Notes: generated by a model not told the origin, from the sequence alone. Counted from the stretch's first letter, positions 1 to 9,604 are shown. The stretch: 64,000 nt of DNA from an uncultured Christensenella sp. (GCA_949298505.1 CASFWW010000038.1:28725-92724), one strand, 5' to 3'. Numbers and translations: made by a program.

Positions 1-177
1 AAAATCCACGTTGTCTTTGCCGACGATGAAGTCGATCGCGTCTCCGATCAGCACGGGCGTCAGCAGAGATGCCGCCACGCTTATGAAAGAGGACAGCACT
101 GCGACGATCAGCAGGAAACGGTAAGGTTTCACATATTTCAGAAGGCGTTTTACAAGTTCTTTGGTTTTCATGTTCAT
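1..177 (-). CDS. ABC transporter ATP-binding/permease subunit, N-terminal fragment (gene runs off the window start)
   Basis: Reverse translation from the ATG at 175-177 reads MNMKTKELVKRLLKYVKPYRFLLIVAVLSSFISVAASLLTPVLIGDAIDF, a typical TM1 region of exporter-type ABC half-transporters. ATGA overlap with the stop of the upstream partner gene. Confidence 0.75.
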   Translation of the reverse strand, partial: MNMKTKELVKRLLKYVKPYRFLLIVAVLSSFISVAASLLTPVLIGDAIDFIVGKDNVDF

Positions 178-1910
178 CTTGCGTTTTCCTCCTTGCTGAC
201 CTGAGAGAGGCAGATTTCGCGGTACACTTCACACGAATCGAAAAGTTGCTGATGAGTGCCGATGCCTTTGACTTCGCCTTCGTCGAGAACGATTATCTTG
301 TCAGCGTTCTTGATCGAAGTTGCGCGCTGAGACACCCAGAACACGGTGGCGTCGCCTTTTGTTTCGGAGATCGCTTTTCTGAGCGCGTGATCGGTTGCGA
401 AGTCGAGCGCGCTTGAGCTGTCGTCGAGAACGAGTATCTCCGGCGAGCCGACCAGCGCCCTTGCGATCGTAAGACGCTGTCTCTGACCGCCGGAAAAGTT
501 GCGACCGTCGCGTTCCACGATCTCGTCAAGTCCTTTCTTCTTTGCGCGCACGAAGTCAGCCGCCTGAGCGATCTCCAACGCGCGCCAGATCTCTTCGTCG
601 GACGCGTCCTTTTTCGTCCACTGCATATTGCTTCTGATCGTGCCGCTTGCCAGCACCGCCTTCTGCGGAACGTACGCAACGGTCGTCCTCAGCTGTTCGA
701 GCGGATATTTTCTCACGTCCGTTCCGAAGATCTTCACGCTTCCTTCGCTGACGTCGTAAAATCTTCCGAGGAGGTTGACGAGGGTGCTTTTGCCGCTGCC
801 GGTACCTCCGATCACGCCTATCGTCTCGCCGCGTTTTACGTCGAGGGTCAGACCGTCGAGCGCGTAATCGCCGTCGCCGTAGCCGAAATGCACGTTTTCA
901 AAGCTTACCGCAGGCGCGTTTTCGTCGGGGATCACGGTCTCGTTGCCTTCGTCTGTGACAGACGGCTGAGTGTCGAGGACTTCAAGCACTCTTGAAGCCG
1001 ATGCCGACGATTTTGTGATGAGTATGACCATATTCGCGACTACGACGAGCGCGAGGGAGATCTGGGTCATGTAGTTTACGAACGCGATGATCTCTCCCTG
1101 GGTCATTTCGCCGCTTTCGACAATTCCGCCGCCGAACCAGAGGATGGCGAGGATAGCGACGTTTATGATAGCGAAAGTAATGGGGTTGAGAAGGGCGGAT
1201 ATCGCACCCACGATATTGCTCGTCCTTGTCAGATCTTCTGCGGCAGTCTTGAAACGTGCGCGTTCATAATCCTGCTTCGCAAAAGCTCTGACCACGCGTA
1301 CGCCTGAGAGATTTTCTCTTGTCACATTGGTAACGGTATCTAGTTTTTTCTGCACAGTCTTGTAGTGCGGCACGGTGCGCGACATGATCAGATACAGCGC
1401 GAGCGCTATCAGCGGAGCCGCGGCGAGGAATACCAGCGCGAGTTTGAGGTTGATTATCATCGCCATGACCGCCGCGCCGATCACGAGGAAGGGAGCGCGG
1501 ATAAACAGGCGGATCATCATGGCAACAAGGTTCTGAAGCTGATTCACGTCGGCGGTGAGGCGGTTGATCAGGGTCGCCGCGCCGAACTTGTCCAGTTCTT
1601 TATAAGACAGTTTGTTGACGTGTGAGAACAGATCGTTTCTGAGCAGAGTGCCGTAGCCCTGAGAACACTTGCTTGCGACGTACTGGCATATCAGCGCGCA
1701 GCAAAGCCCGACGACGCCCAGCGTAAGTATGAGAAACCCGCGGAAAAGGATATATCCGGTGCCGGCGTTGTTGTTGATGCCTTCGTCGATGACCTGCGCC
1801 ATGACGAGCGGCACGATCAGCTCGAAGATCGCTTCGAGCAGTTTAAAAAACGGACCCAATATAAGGTGCGCTTTGTAATTCTTAAGATGAACAGCCAATC
1901 TTTTCATTTT
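174..1910 (-). CDS. ABC transporter ATP-binding protein/permease (MDR-type exporter half-transporter)
   Basis: ORF 174..2015. N-terminal six-TM domain plus a C-terminal NBD with Walker A GGTGSGKST, signature FSGGQRQR and Walker B ILVLDD. Start placed at MKRLAVHLKNY (1910), typical for the family. Confidence 0.9.
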   Translation of the reverse strand, partial: KMKRLAVHLKNYKAHLILGPFFKLLEAIFELIVPLVMAQVIDEGINNNAGTGYILFRGFLILTLGVVGLCCALICQYVASKCSQGYGTLLRNDLFSHVNKLSYKELDKFGAATLINRLTADVNQLQNLVAMMIRLFIRAPFLVIGAAVMAMIINLKLALVFLAAAPLIALALYLIMSRTVPHYKTVQKKLDTVTNVTRENLSGVRVVRAFAKQDYERARFKTAAEDLTRTSNIVGAISALLNPITFAIINVAILAILWFGGGIVESGEMTQGEIIAFVNYMTQISLALVVVANMVILITKSSASASRVLEVLDTQPSVTDEGNETVIPDENAPAVSFENVHFGYGDGDYALDGLTLDVKRGETIGVIGGTGSGKSTLVNLLGRFYDVSEGSVKIFGTDVRKYPLEQLRTTVAYVPQKAVLASGTIRSNMQWTKKDASDEEIWRALEIAQAADFVRAKKKGLDEIVERDGRNFSGGQRQRLTIARALVGSPEILVLDDSSSALDFATDHALRKAISETKGDATVFWVSQRATSIKNADKIIVLDEGEVKGIGTHQQLFDSCEVYREICLSQVSKEENAR

Positions 1911-1922
1911 CACTCTCAAATA

Positions 1923-1951
1923 TTGACAATTTTTTTGTAATAAAATACAAT
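1923..1951 (+). promoter_or_regulatory. Candidate sigma-A promoter for nadE
   Basis: TTGACA (1923-1928), 17-nt spacer, TACAAT (1946-1951). About 100 nt upstream of the nadE start. Confidence 0.5.
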
Positions 1952-2064
1952 AATAACTGCGTACAGGCGGTTTTCGACTACGCGCGTTGCGTGCGCGCGC
2001 TTGATCCGACCGCATATACAGTATATATATTTAGATTGCAAAAAGCAATTGTTTGGAGATCGAA

Positions 2065-3987
2065 ATGAAAGACGGTTTTGTCAAGGTTGCGGCTTACAGT
2101 CCTGACGTCAGGGTCGCGGATTGCTCGTATAACGCGGACCGTATCTGCGAAGGCATAGCAAAGGCGTACGGCGACGGCTGCAAGGTCGTGGTGTTTCCTG
2201 AACTCAGCGTATGCGGCTATACGGTGGGAGACCTGGTCCTTCAGGACGCCCTGCTTTCGGCTGTTGAAAAAGCTGTCGCAAAGATAGTTGATTTCAGCGC
2301 GGGGAAGCAGATCTTCTGCGTGGCGGGCGCTCCCGTGGTGATCGCCGGGAAACTTTACAACGCGGCGGTCGCGATATACGACGGCGCGATACTGGGCGTC
2401 GTGCCCAAGCGTAACGTCCCGTCTTATTCTGAATTTTACGAGGGCAGATACTTTGAGTCCGGAGACAAACTGGACGACGTTGAAAAGACTGTGTTCTGTG
2501 GCAGGGAAGTCGCAGTATGTTCAAAAGCGGTGTTCAGATGCCGCAATATGCGCGAATTGTGTATAGGTGTGGAGATATGCGAGGATATGTGGATCGCCGG
2601 AGGTCCTGCGGACGCGCTTTGCGCGGCGGGAGCGACGTTGATATGCAATCTTTCCGCGAGCGACGAGACGGTGGGCAAGGACGATTACCGCAGACTGCTT
2701 GTCAAGTCCGCTTCAGGCAAATGCAACGCGGCGTACGTTTACTGCGATTGCGGCAGAGGCGAAAGTTCGACCGATCTGGTTTTTTCCGCCCACGACATCA
2801 TAGCAGAAAACGGAAGCATACTTGCGGAGAGCAAACCTTTCGGAGACGGTTACGCGGTCAGCGAAGTGGACGTGAAAAAACTCTCTCAGGAAAGAGTAAA
2901 GCAGAATACGACGCCTTCACATCCTCTCAGAGAGATCTGTTTCGATATGGAGCAGACTGAGACCGAACTGACGAGAAAGGTGGAAAGAACGCCTTTTGTC
3001 CCCGAAGGCGAGACTGACAGAGCGGCGAGATGCGAGAGAGTGTTTTCCATTCAGGCGCACGGTCTTGCAAAAAGAATGAACCATACGGGGTGCAGACATC
3101 TTGTCGTCGGTCTTTCGGGAGGGCTGGACAGCGCGCTCGCGCTTCTTGTAATGTGCAGAGCGGCAGACATAGCCGGACTGGACAGAAATTGCATAACCGC
3201 GCTGACGATGCCGTGTTTCGGCACGACGAAGCGTACCCGCTCCAATGCCGAAAAACTTGCGAAAGCCCTCGGCGTAAAATTCGGGAAAGTGGATATAACA
3301 AAGTCCGTGCAGAGACATCTTGCGGACATAGGTCACGACGGCGTGACGGGCGACGTTGCGTTTGAAAACGCACAGGCGAGAGAGCGCACGCAGGTGCTGA
3401 TGGATTACGCCAACAGGACGGGAGGTCTCGTCGTCGGTACGGGCGATCTTTCTGAACTGGCGCTCGGCTGGGCGACTTACAACGGAGACCATATGTCGAT
3501 GTACGGCGTCAACGGCTCGGTGCCCAAAACTCTGGTGAGACATCTCGTGAGATATTATGCCGAAAACGTTGCGGACGCAGCGGCGCGCCGCGTGCTTCTG
3601 GACATACTGGACACCCCGGTAAGCCCTGAACTGATACCGGCGAAGGACGGAGAGATAGTGCAGAAGACTGAGGAGATCGTAGGACCTTACGAACTTCACG
3701 ATTTCTTCCTTTACAACATAGTCAGGTGGGGATTCAGCCCGTCAAAGACGTACAGGCTCGCAAAATACGCCTTCAAAGGCGAGTTTGACGAAAAGACGGT
3801 ATACAAGTGGCTTTACACGTTCGTTTCGCGTTTCTTCGCTCAGCAGTTCAAGCGTTCGTGTCTTCCGGACGGACCCAAGGTCGGCAGCGTGGATCTCTCT
3901 CCGAGAGGCGGCTGGCGTATGCCTAGCGACGCTTGTAAGGCAGAGTGGATAAAAGACCTTGAAGCCTGCGACCCGTCGAAAAAATAA
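2065..3987 (+). CDS. nadE: Glutamine-dependent NAD+ synthetase (CN-hydrolase domain + NAD synthase domain)
   Basis: N-terminal nitrilase-like domain (VVVFPELSVCGY, EICEDMW). C-terminal PP-loop GLSGGLDSAL and NAD synthetase motifs. ATG at 2065 is preceded by GGAGA; the ORF track starts at a TTG at 2053. Confidence 0.9.
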   Translation: MKDGFVKVAAYSPDVRVADCSYNADRICEGIAKAYGDGCKVVVFPELSVCGYTVGDLVLQDALLSAVEKAVAKIVDFSAGKQIFCVAGAPVVIAGKLYNAAVAIYDGAILGVVPKRNVPSYSEFYEGRYFESGDKLDDVEKTVFCGREVAVCSKAVFRCRNMRELCIGVEICEDMWIAGGPADALCAAGATLICNLSASDETVGKDDYRRLLVKSASGKCNAAYVYCDCGRGESSTDLVFSAHDIIAENGSILAESKPFGDGYAVSEVDVKKLSQERVKQNTTPSHPLREICFDMEQTETELTRKVERTPFVPEGETDRAARCERVFSIQAHGLAKRMNHTGCRHLVVGLSGGLDSALALLVMCRAADIAGLDRNCITALTMPCFGTTKRTRSNAEKLAKALGVKFGKVDITKSVQRHLADIGHDGVTGDVAFENAQARERTQVLMDYANRTGGLVVGTGDLSELALGWATYNGDHMSMYGVNGSVPKTLVRHLVRYYAENVADAAARRVLLDILDTPVSPELIPAKDGEIVQKTEEIVGPYELHDFFLYNIVRWGFSPSKTYRLAKYAFKGEFDEKTVYKWLYTFVSRFFAQQFKRSCLPDGPKVGSVDLSPRGGWRMPSDACKAEWIKDLEACDPSKK

Positions 3988-4024
3988 AAGCTAAAAATCA
4001 AACTGTAAACAAGATAGATAAAAT

Positions 4025-4053
4025 ATCCGTCTGCAAGCGCGGGCGGATTTTTT
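4025..4053 (+). terminator. Rho-independent terminator after nadE
   Basis: Stem atccgtc/ggcggat (one G-U pair) followed by a T6 run. Confidence 0.6.
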
Positions 4054-4084
4054 GTATAAAGCAGATGAGTACTGACCGCAAGGC

Positions 4085-4215
4085 TTCGCTAAGCGAAACA
4101 AGTATCGACGCGCGATAGCGGCTAATGCTCCCCCGTCACAGCCGCGGGTCGGCAATTCGCTAAGTGAAACAAGCACCGACACGCGACAGCGACTTATGCC
4201 GTCGGTCACACCGAC
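4085..4215. repeat. Two imperfect tandem copies of a roughly 60-bp unit (period 71 bp)
   Basis: ttcgctaagcgaaacaagtatcgacgcgcgatagcggctaatgc (from 4085) versus ttcgctaagtgaaacaagcaccgacacgcgacagcgacttatgc (from 4156), 37/44 identical. Both copies continue to a gtcaca motif. Located between two convergent terminators. Confidence 0.7.
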
Positions 4216-4217
4216 CG

Positions 4218-4247
4218 AAAAAAGCGCGACCCCCGAAGGAGCCGCGC
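4218..4247 (-). terminator. Rho-independent terminator of the lipoprotein gene
   Basis: Minus strand: gcgcggctccttcgggggtcgcgc followed by TTTTTT. Confidence 0.7.
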
Positions 4248-4272
4248 ATAACGTTGTGTTTCTTATTTCAGA

Positions 4273-5289
4273 TTACAGCAGACCGTTTTTGATGGATTCG
4301 GAATTACTCATATCGTTATCTCTCTCACTGTAAGAGTAGAACACATTGGATACCGACTGAGCAGAGCCCTCGTACCAAATGATAGCGGCGCCGATTTTAC
4401 CATTCCAACTTTCGTCTGTTGTGTAATATTTGAGGAGACCGCATTCCCAGATCTGAACTTTTGCTTTAATGTAGTTAATGCTCATATTTTTCCCGCTGTT
4501 ATCCTGTTCAAGTCTGTCGATTGTCGTCTTGTCGGCATTTGCTATGTCAACGTCAATCTCAAATGTCAGTTCGTAATAAACATCGCCGTTATCGGTCTTT
4601 TTCTTTTCTATCTTGGCAGTATCGCTTATGACGATGCCTTCACAGTTCCAATTAGCGCAGGTTTTCTTAGCATCTTCGAGGTTATGTTCTCCGGGAGAGA
4701 TGGTGCCTGTACTACCGAACTGACTGTGCTTTTTCCAAGCGGAGTTGTCAACGGAGAGCAGACCGCTTTCTTCGTCATATTGAATGTCTTCTCCGTCGGC
4801 TTCCATACGATAATAAGTATTGCCTGCAGGGTTATATCTCAAAGCCGCATTTCTGACAAACATTACTTCGGTATAGCCAAAGTTGTGGTTGACGGGCAGT
4901 TTAAGCGTCATATCATCTTTTGCGTTGGAGTTCTGCTTTCTGAGTCTTTGATAAATAAGAGTTCCGCTTTTGTCTTTAATTGTTGTGGTGCCTTTAGTAT
5001 AATTGAAGTAAGTATAGCGGTTGACAAATGCCTCGTTATATTCCGCAGCATTCATAATTTGCTGTATCTTTTCGGCATCAGACAGGGTATCGTCGTTGAT
5101 TATCGGAAGAATAGCAGTATGAACGCTTGCCGCAACGCTTTCTTCGGGAGCAACTGTATAGTCCTGTAATACGTTGGGGATACCTTCAAACTCGTTTACA
5201 TTGTATTCGCCGTCGTCACAGGCTACAGTAAGCATACCTATGGAGCCTATCAGCATCAGGAGCGTTATCAATGTGATGATTTTTTTCAT
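4273..5289 (-). CDS. Hypothetical lipoprotein
   Basis: MKKIITLITLLMLIGSIGMLTVAC gives a signal peptide with lipobox (LTVAC). No recognisable catalytic motif. The second in-frame ATG is chosen because of the AGAGGA RBS; the ORF track extends to 5304. Confidence 0.7.
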   Translation of the reverse strand: MKKIITLITLLMLIGSIGMLTVACDDGEYNVNEFEGIPNVLQDYTVAPEESVAASVHTAILPIINDDTLSDAEKIQQIMNAAEYNEAFVNRYTYFNYTKGTTTIKDKSGTLIYQRLRKQNSNAKDDMTLKLPVNHNFGYTEVMFVRNAALRYNPAGNTYYRMEADGEDIQYDEESGLLSVDNSAWKKHSQFGSTGTISPGEHNLEDAKKTCANWNCEGIVISDTAKIEKKKTDNGDVYYELTFEIDVDIANADKTTIDRLEQDNSGKNMSINYIKAKVQIWECGLLKYYTTDESWNGKIGAAIIWYEGSAQSVSNVFYSYSERDNDMSNSESIKNGLL

Positions 5290-5379
5290 AATAATCCTCT
5301 TCATACAATTTATTCGTTCGGCGAAAAGCCGTACGTTTCAATTTCTCAAACGCGAGGGAATAGCCCTTTTATTTCTTTT

Positions 5380-5409
5380 ATTATATTATTTGTGCAAAAT
5401 GTTTGTCAA
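5380..5409 (-). promoter_or_regulatory. Candidate promoter for the lipoprotein gene
   Basis: Minus strand: TTGACA, 18 nt, TATAAT. Confidence 0.45.
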
Positions 5410-5465
5410 CTCACTTGAGCGCACAAAATATGGACGAAACGGTAAACGGCAAATAGATTCCCGCA

Positions 5466-5495
5466 TTGACATTTCAGGTGAAAATACTTTATAAT
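5466..5495 (+). promoter_or_regulatory. Candidate promoter for the GH38 gene
   Basis: TTGACA (5466-5471), 18 nt, TATAAT (5490-5495), about 30 nt before the ATG. Confidence 0.55.
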
Positions 5496-5523
5496 CTAAT
5501 TGAAAACTGTTAAGCGAGGGAAA

Positions 5524-8466
5524 ATGGTAGAGAGATTTTTGTTGTATCCGTATCACGTGAAGTCGTTGATCAAGGTCAGGAAACGCATTTTTACGCCCGT
5601 CGGCGCGCTTGAAGCGAAGGTTCTGAAAAGTGCCGAGCCTGTTTCGGTTTCGGAGGCGGAGAAACTCGGTTTTTCGCCGATAAAGAAAGGCGATGTCTGG
5701 GCGGGCGATTTCGGATGCGCGGTATTCGCGTTTTCTGGAGTCGTGCCAGAGTCGGCAAAAGGGAGGAAAGTCGTCGCGCTGGTCGATATCCGGGGCGAAG
5801 GACTGGTGATCAGAGACGGCGTTCCCGTTCAGGGCATAACGCAGGTGACGGACGGCATAGACTGGGTGCAGAGCGCGAAAGGCAAGCAGGAGATACCTCT
5901 GTACGATTGCGCGGAAGGCGGAGAAAAGATCTTCTTTTACGTGGACGCGGGATACAACGGAAAGAAGAAAAAAGCGAATACGTATGCGAAATTCCGCCGC
6001 GCGGATATCGCCGTGACGGACGAGAACGCGAGGGCGTTTTACTATGACGCGCTCCAGCTTTTCATGCTGCTTCTGACTTTAGGGCAGAACGAATATCTGA
6101 CAGAGAAAAGGGCTAAAGAGGTAGACGGCGCGTTGAAAAAAGCGTTCCGCATCTATTTCAAAGGCGACTGTGAAGGCGCGAGAGGTGTGCTGGCGGCTGT
6201 CGCTGCGGAAAAGCCGGATTACGACGCTCCCGTATATACCGCGGTCGGACACGCCCACCTCGATCTTGCGTATCTGTGGCCTATCAGGGAGACCAAGAGA
6301 AAGGGCGCGCGCACTTTTGCCAATCAGCTTGCCAATCTGAAGAAATACCCCGGTTACGTTTTCGGTGCGAGCCAGGCACAGCTTTTTCAATGGATGAAGG
6401 ATCTTTATCCGTCCGTTTACGCAGACATAAAGCAGGCTGTTGCGAAAGGCAGGATAGAGATCCAGGGCGCGATGTGGACGGAAAACGACTGCAACATCCC
6501 GTCGGGAGAGAGCATAATACGTCAGTTTCTCTACGGCGAAGAATTTTTTCGCAAGGAGTTCGACAAGACGAGCAAAGTGGTCTGGTTGCCCGACGTGTTC
6601 GGCTATCCGGCGTCACTTCCTCAAATATTCAAAGGGTGCGGCAGGGATTATTTCGCGACGATAAAGCTGACATGGAACAATCACAACAAGTTTCCGTACA
6701 AGACTTTCAGGTGGAAGGGCATCGACGGTACGGAAATACTTTCGCACATGGCGCCGCAGGGCAACTACAATTCATCGGCAACGCCTATGGCGTTCGTGAA
6801 ATCTTTCAAAGGCAATCCTCAGAGCAAAGAGGTGAAGCACGCATTGATGATATTCGGCATAGGCGACGGCGGCGGAGGTCCGGGAGAAGCGCCTCTCGAG
6901 CTTCTTTCAAGGGAAAGCTGTCAGAACGGACTCGCTCCTGTAAAATTCGGCACGGCAGGTATGTTCTTTGAGGAGCTTGACGCAGACAAAGAAGCCGTGA
7001 TACCCGTTTACGAAGGCGAACTGTATCTCGAAAAACATCAGGGAACTTATACTTCACAGGCGAAGAACAAACTGTATAACAGGCTCATGGAGCAGGAACT
7101 GCACACGCTGGAATGGCTATGCTCGCTCGCAATGCTCAAAGGCATAAAGTGGAACAGGGCGGCGCTGGACGAAATATGGAAAGAGGTGCTGCTTTACCAG
7201 TTCCACGACATAATCCCGGGCAGCTCGATCAAACGCGTGTTCGACGAGAGCGTTGAAAGGTACAAGATCATGCACGAAGCCGTGATCAAAGAACGCGACA
7301 GACTTCTCGGAGCGATGAAGAAAGAGGACGGAAAGAGCGCCGTGAACCCCGTGGATTTCGGCAGAAAAGAGTACGTCAAAGACGGGGACAAATGGTATCT
7401 CGCAGAGGTCGGACCTTATTCTGCGGCAAAGCTTACCGATGCCGGAGAATCTAAAACTTCGGCAGGAGAAAACTGGATCGCAAACGACAGGATAAAGATC
7501 GGATTCAGCAAGGAAGGCTGGATAGATTCAGTGGTCGAAATAAACACGGGCAGGGAAATTTGCGGCGGATATTTCGACAAGTTGGTCGTATATGAAGACC
7601 CCAGACTTTTCTACAACGCGTGGGATATCAGAGAGGATTACCGCGATCTCCCCAGCCAGCCGATGACCCTTGTCGAGAGCAGATGTTACGTGGACGGCAA
7701 CTCGGCTGTCAGAGAAGCCACCTTTGCGTACGGAGCTTCTACGCTTGTGCAGAAGATCACTCTCAGACAGGGAGAGGAACTTGTCGAGTTCGATAACAGC
7801 GCGGACTGGCACGAGGATTTCAAGATGCTGAGGGCGGAATTCAGACCCAAGGAGTATTCCGACATTGTCAACTGCGATATCCAGTTCGGCAACGTGGACA
7901 GATCTACAAAGGACGATACTCCCGTCAGAAAAGCCCAGTTCGAGATATGCGCGCACAAATTCGTCAACGTCGACGGCGAGGACGGCGGTTTCGCGGTGCT
8001 TTCAAACTGCAAGTACGGTTACCGCGTGAAGGACGGCTATATTTCGCTCAATCTTCTCAGAAGCCCGAAAAGACCTGACCCGGAAGGCGACAGAGGCAGG
8101 CATTATTTCGGTTTTGCGATATATCCGCACAAGGGGACGTGGAAGAACAGCGACCTTGTGAAAAAGGCGTATTGCTACAATCATCCGCTGATCGTCTGCG
8201 ATTTCCTGCCTTCACTCGAAAGACTGGTCGACGACGGAAACGAAAGCGTGATTGTGGAGACCGTCAAACCTTCTCACGACGGAAAAGGGATCACGGCGAG
8301 GATTTACGAGAGGTACGGGGAAGACGCGACCGCTAACGTCCGCGCCGGATTCAGATATAAAGCAGTGTACGAAGCGGATATGCTGGAAAGAAAGGGAGAC
8401 AAGATCGAAAGCGCCGCTTTGCAATTCGGAAAGTACCGGATACGCACGCTGTATTTCGAGTTGTGA
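5524..8466 (+). CDS. Alpha-mannosidase, glycoside hydrolase family 38 (cytoplasmic type)
   Basis: GH38 motifs AVGHAHLDLAYLWP, WLPDVFGY, YLEKHQGTYTSQ, LLYQFHDIIPGSS. No signal peptide. ATG at 5524 (MVERFLL). Confidence 0.88.
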   Translation: MVERFLLYPYHVKSLIKVRKRIFTPVGALEAKVLKSAEPVSVSEAEKLGFSPIKKGDVWAGDFGCAVFAFSGVVPESAKGRKVVALVDIRGEGLVIRDGVPVQGITQVTDGIDWVQSAKGKQEIPLYDCAEGGEKIFFYVDAGYNGKKKKANTYAKFRRADIAVTDENARAFYYDALQLFMLLLTLGQNEYLTEKRAKEVDGALKKAFRIYFKGDCEGARGVLAAVAAEKPDYDAPVYTAVGHAHLDLAYLWPIRETKRKGARTFANQLANLKKYPGYVFGASQAQLFQWMKDLYPSVYADIKQAVAKGRIEIQGAMWTENDCNIPSGESIIRQFLYGEEFFRKEFDKTSKVVWLPDVFGYPASLPQIFKGCGRDYFATIKLTWNNHNKFPYKTFRWKGIDGTEILSHMAPQGNYNSSATPMAFVKSFKGNPQSKEVKHALMIFGIGDGGGGPGEAPLELLSRESCQNGLAPVKFGTAGMFFEELDADKEAVIPVYEGELYLEKHQGTYTSQAKNKLYNRLMEQELHTLEWLCSLAMLKGIKWNRAALDEIWKEVLLYQFHDIIPGSSIKRVFDESVERYKIMHEAVIKERDRLLGAMKKEDGKSAVNPVDFGRKEYVKDGDKWYLAEVGPYSAAKLTDAGESKTSAGENWIANDRIKIGFSKEGWIDSVVEINTGREICGGYFDKLVVYEDPRLFYNAWDIREDYRDLPSQPMTLVESRCYVDGNSAVREATFAYGASTLVQKITLRQGEELVEFDNSADWHEDFKMLRAEFRPKEYSDIVNCDIQFGNVDRSTKDDTPVRKAQFEICAHKFVNVDGEDGGFAVLSNCKYGYRVKDGYISLNLLRSPKRPDPEGDRGRHYFGFAIYPHKGTWKNSDLVKKAYCYNHPLIVCDFLPSLERLVDDGNESVIVETVKPSHDGKGITARIYERYGEDATANVRAGFRYKAVYEADMLERKGDKIESAALQFGKYRIRTLYFEL

Positions 8467-8472
8467 CCGTTG

Positions 8473-8502
8473 ACCGTCGGCTGAATGCCGGCGGTTTTTT
8501 TT
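8473..8502 (+). terminator. Rho-independent terminator after the GH38 gene
   Basis: accgtcggc-tgaat-gccggcggt followed by T8. Confidence 0.75.
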
Positions 8503-8591
8503 GACGTTTGTCGAAAATGCCTGAGCCGGAAAGCGGCATATCGGACAGAACATTGCGCGGAAAATCGTACAAAAGTGCCAGAATTTGACTA

Positions 8592-8620
8592 TTGACACTC
8601 AAAATCGCATGTGATATTAT
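8592..8620 (+). promoter_or_regulatory. Candidate promoter of the three-gene membrane operon
   Basis: TTGACA (8592-8597), 17 nt, TATTAT (8615-8620). Confidence 0.55.
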
Positions 8621-8665
8621 AATAAAAAAGCGGAAAATCAATATTTTCGCTGCGAGGGAGGAGAA

Positions 8666-9085
8666 ATGAATCCTGGTGACAAGTTGCGCATTGGCGGCGC
8701 AAGGGTCGGAAACATAATGACTGGGATATGTATTGCGGCAACCATTCTGACGTTGCTGAGCGCTTTTTCGCCGCTTCTTATGGCGTTTTATCTGCTGATG
8801 CTTCTCGTTCTGATCATAATCACTCTGGGAACGATATTTATCCTTGTCGACGGGTTCGGCAGTTTCTTTTCTTCTAGCACGGACAGTTTCGCTTCGTTTA
8901 CCGAGACGGCAACCAGGGCTTTGCCCTATTTCGCCGTCGTCGCTGTGGTGACTGCGATAATCGCCGCGGTCTTGCTGGCGCTTGACGTAAGAGGAAAGAA
9001 ACAGACCGGAAAGATCGTCGGAGTGGTCGTATGCGCCGTGCTTGCCGTGGCGTTCGCGTTGTTGTCGAAGGCGGTGATGAAATGA
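8666..9085 (+). CDS. Small integral membrane protein (about 4 TM), unknown function
   Basis: GGAGG RBS. Four hydrophobic stretches (ICIAATILTLLSAFSPLLMAF, LLVLIIITLGTIFILV, LPYFAVVAVVTAIIAAVLLAL, IVGVVVCAVLAVAFALL). Confidence 0.65.
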   Translation: MNPGDKLRIGGARVGNIMTGICIAATILTLLSAFSPLLMAFYLLMLLVLIIITLGTIFILVDGFGSFFSSSTDSFASFTETATRALPYFAVVAVVTAIIAAVLLALDVRGKKQTGKIVGVVVCAVLAVAFALLSKAVMK

Positions 9086-9594
9086 GCGTTGTGAATCTGA
9101 AAGTGAAAAGCGTTTCCGGCGTAAATCCCGTCGTCTGTGTGGATGGAAAGAGGGTAAGATTTCAGAAAAACAGCTTCGGGAACATGATCGCAAGGACTGA
9201 AGTGAAAGACGGCGCGCGCCTTACGGTACAGGTGTGGGATCCGATACTCAGCCCGATGTGGCTTTTGTGGGAAATGCTGTATTTCGTGATAAGTGTTCTG
9301 GGCATTTTCGATCTTGCGAAAGACAGAATTAAAAGGGCTATAGAATTTGAAGCCGTACTGCATCCCGGAGAAAGCGAGTCTCAGGCAACGGTAACCGTGA
9401 TCCGGTCAGGCGGGGACAAGAGTCCGGCAGCAGAACTGGAATGTAACTTTGAAGCCGAAGTGTTGAAAAACGAGTATTACGGCTTCGATCTGATAAAGAA
9501 AAGAAGAAGGATCGCTTTGTTGATAAAAATCGCCGCCTGGATCGTGCTTGTCGGCACAGCCATTGCGGTGGTTGCAAATATAATGGCAAAATGA
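9082..9594 (+). CDS. Hypothetical membrane protein (2 TM)
   Basis: ATGA start/stop overlap with the upstream gene. Hydrophobic segments MWLLWEMLYFVISVLGIF and IALLIKIAAWIVLVGTAIAVVANI. Confidence 0.6.
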   Translation: MSVVNLKVKSVSGVNPVVCVDGKRVRFQKNSFGNMIARTEVKDGARLTVQVWDPILSPMWLLWEMLYFVISVLGIFDLAKDRIKRAIEFEAVLHPGESESQATVTVIRSGGDKSPAAELECNFEAEVLKNEYYGFDLIKKRRRIALLIKIAAWIVLVGTAIAVVANIMAK

Positions 9595-9604
9595 CGGAGG
9601 AGAT

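Noticed and set aside
1958-2064. The roughly 100-nt nadE leader containing the palindrome ATATACaGTATAT, considered as an NAD-related riboswitch or NiaR/NrtR operator.
   Set aside because: I could not match it to any NAD+ riboswitch or known NiaR/NrtR consensus from memory. A short A/T palindrome alone is weak evidence.
2517-3699. Several 110-260-aa alternative-frame ORFs inside nadE (2517-2960, 2917-3699, 2927-3373, 3030-3365).
   Set aside because: They are fully nested in a strongly supported conserved gene, with Arg-rich nonsense translations.
3991-4209. A 72-aa minus-strand ORF covering the tandem repeat between nadE and the lipoprotein gene.
   Set aside because: It has no RBS and sits between two convergent terminators. 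Its apparent internal repeat simply mirrors the DNA duplication.
4085-4215. The tandem repeat, considered as a degenerate CRISPR array.
   Set aside because: There are only two copies, with no unique spacers of regular length and no cas genes or leader. The period and imperfect identity fit a simple duplication.
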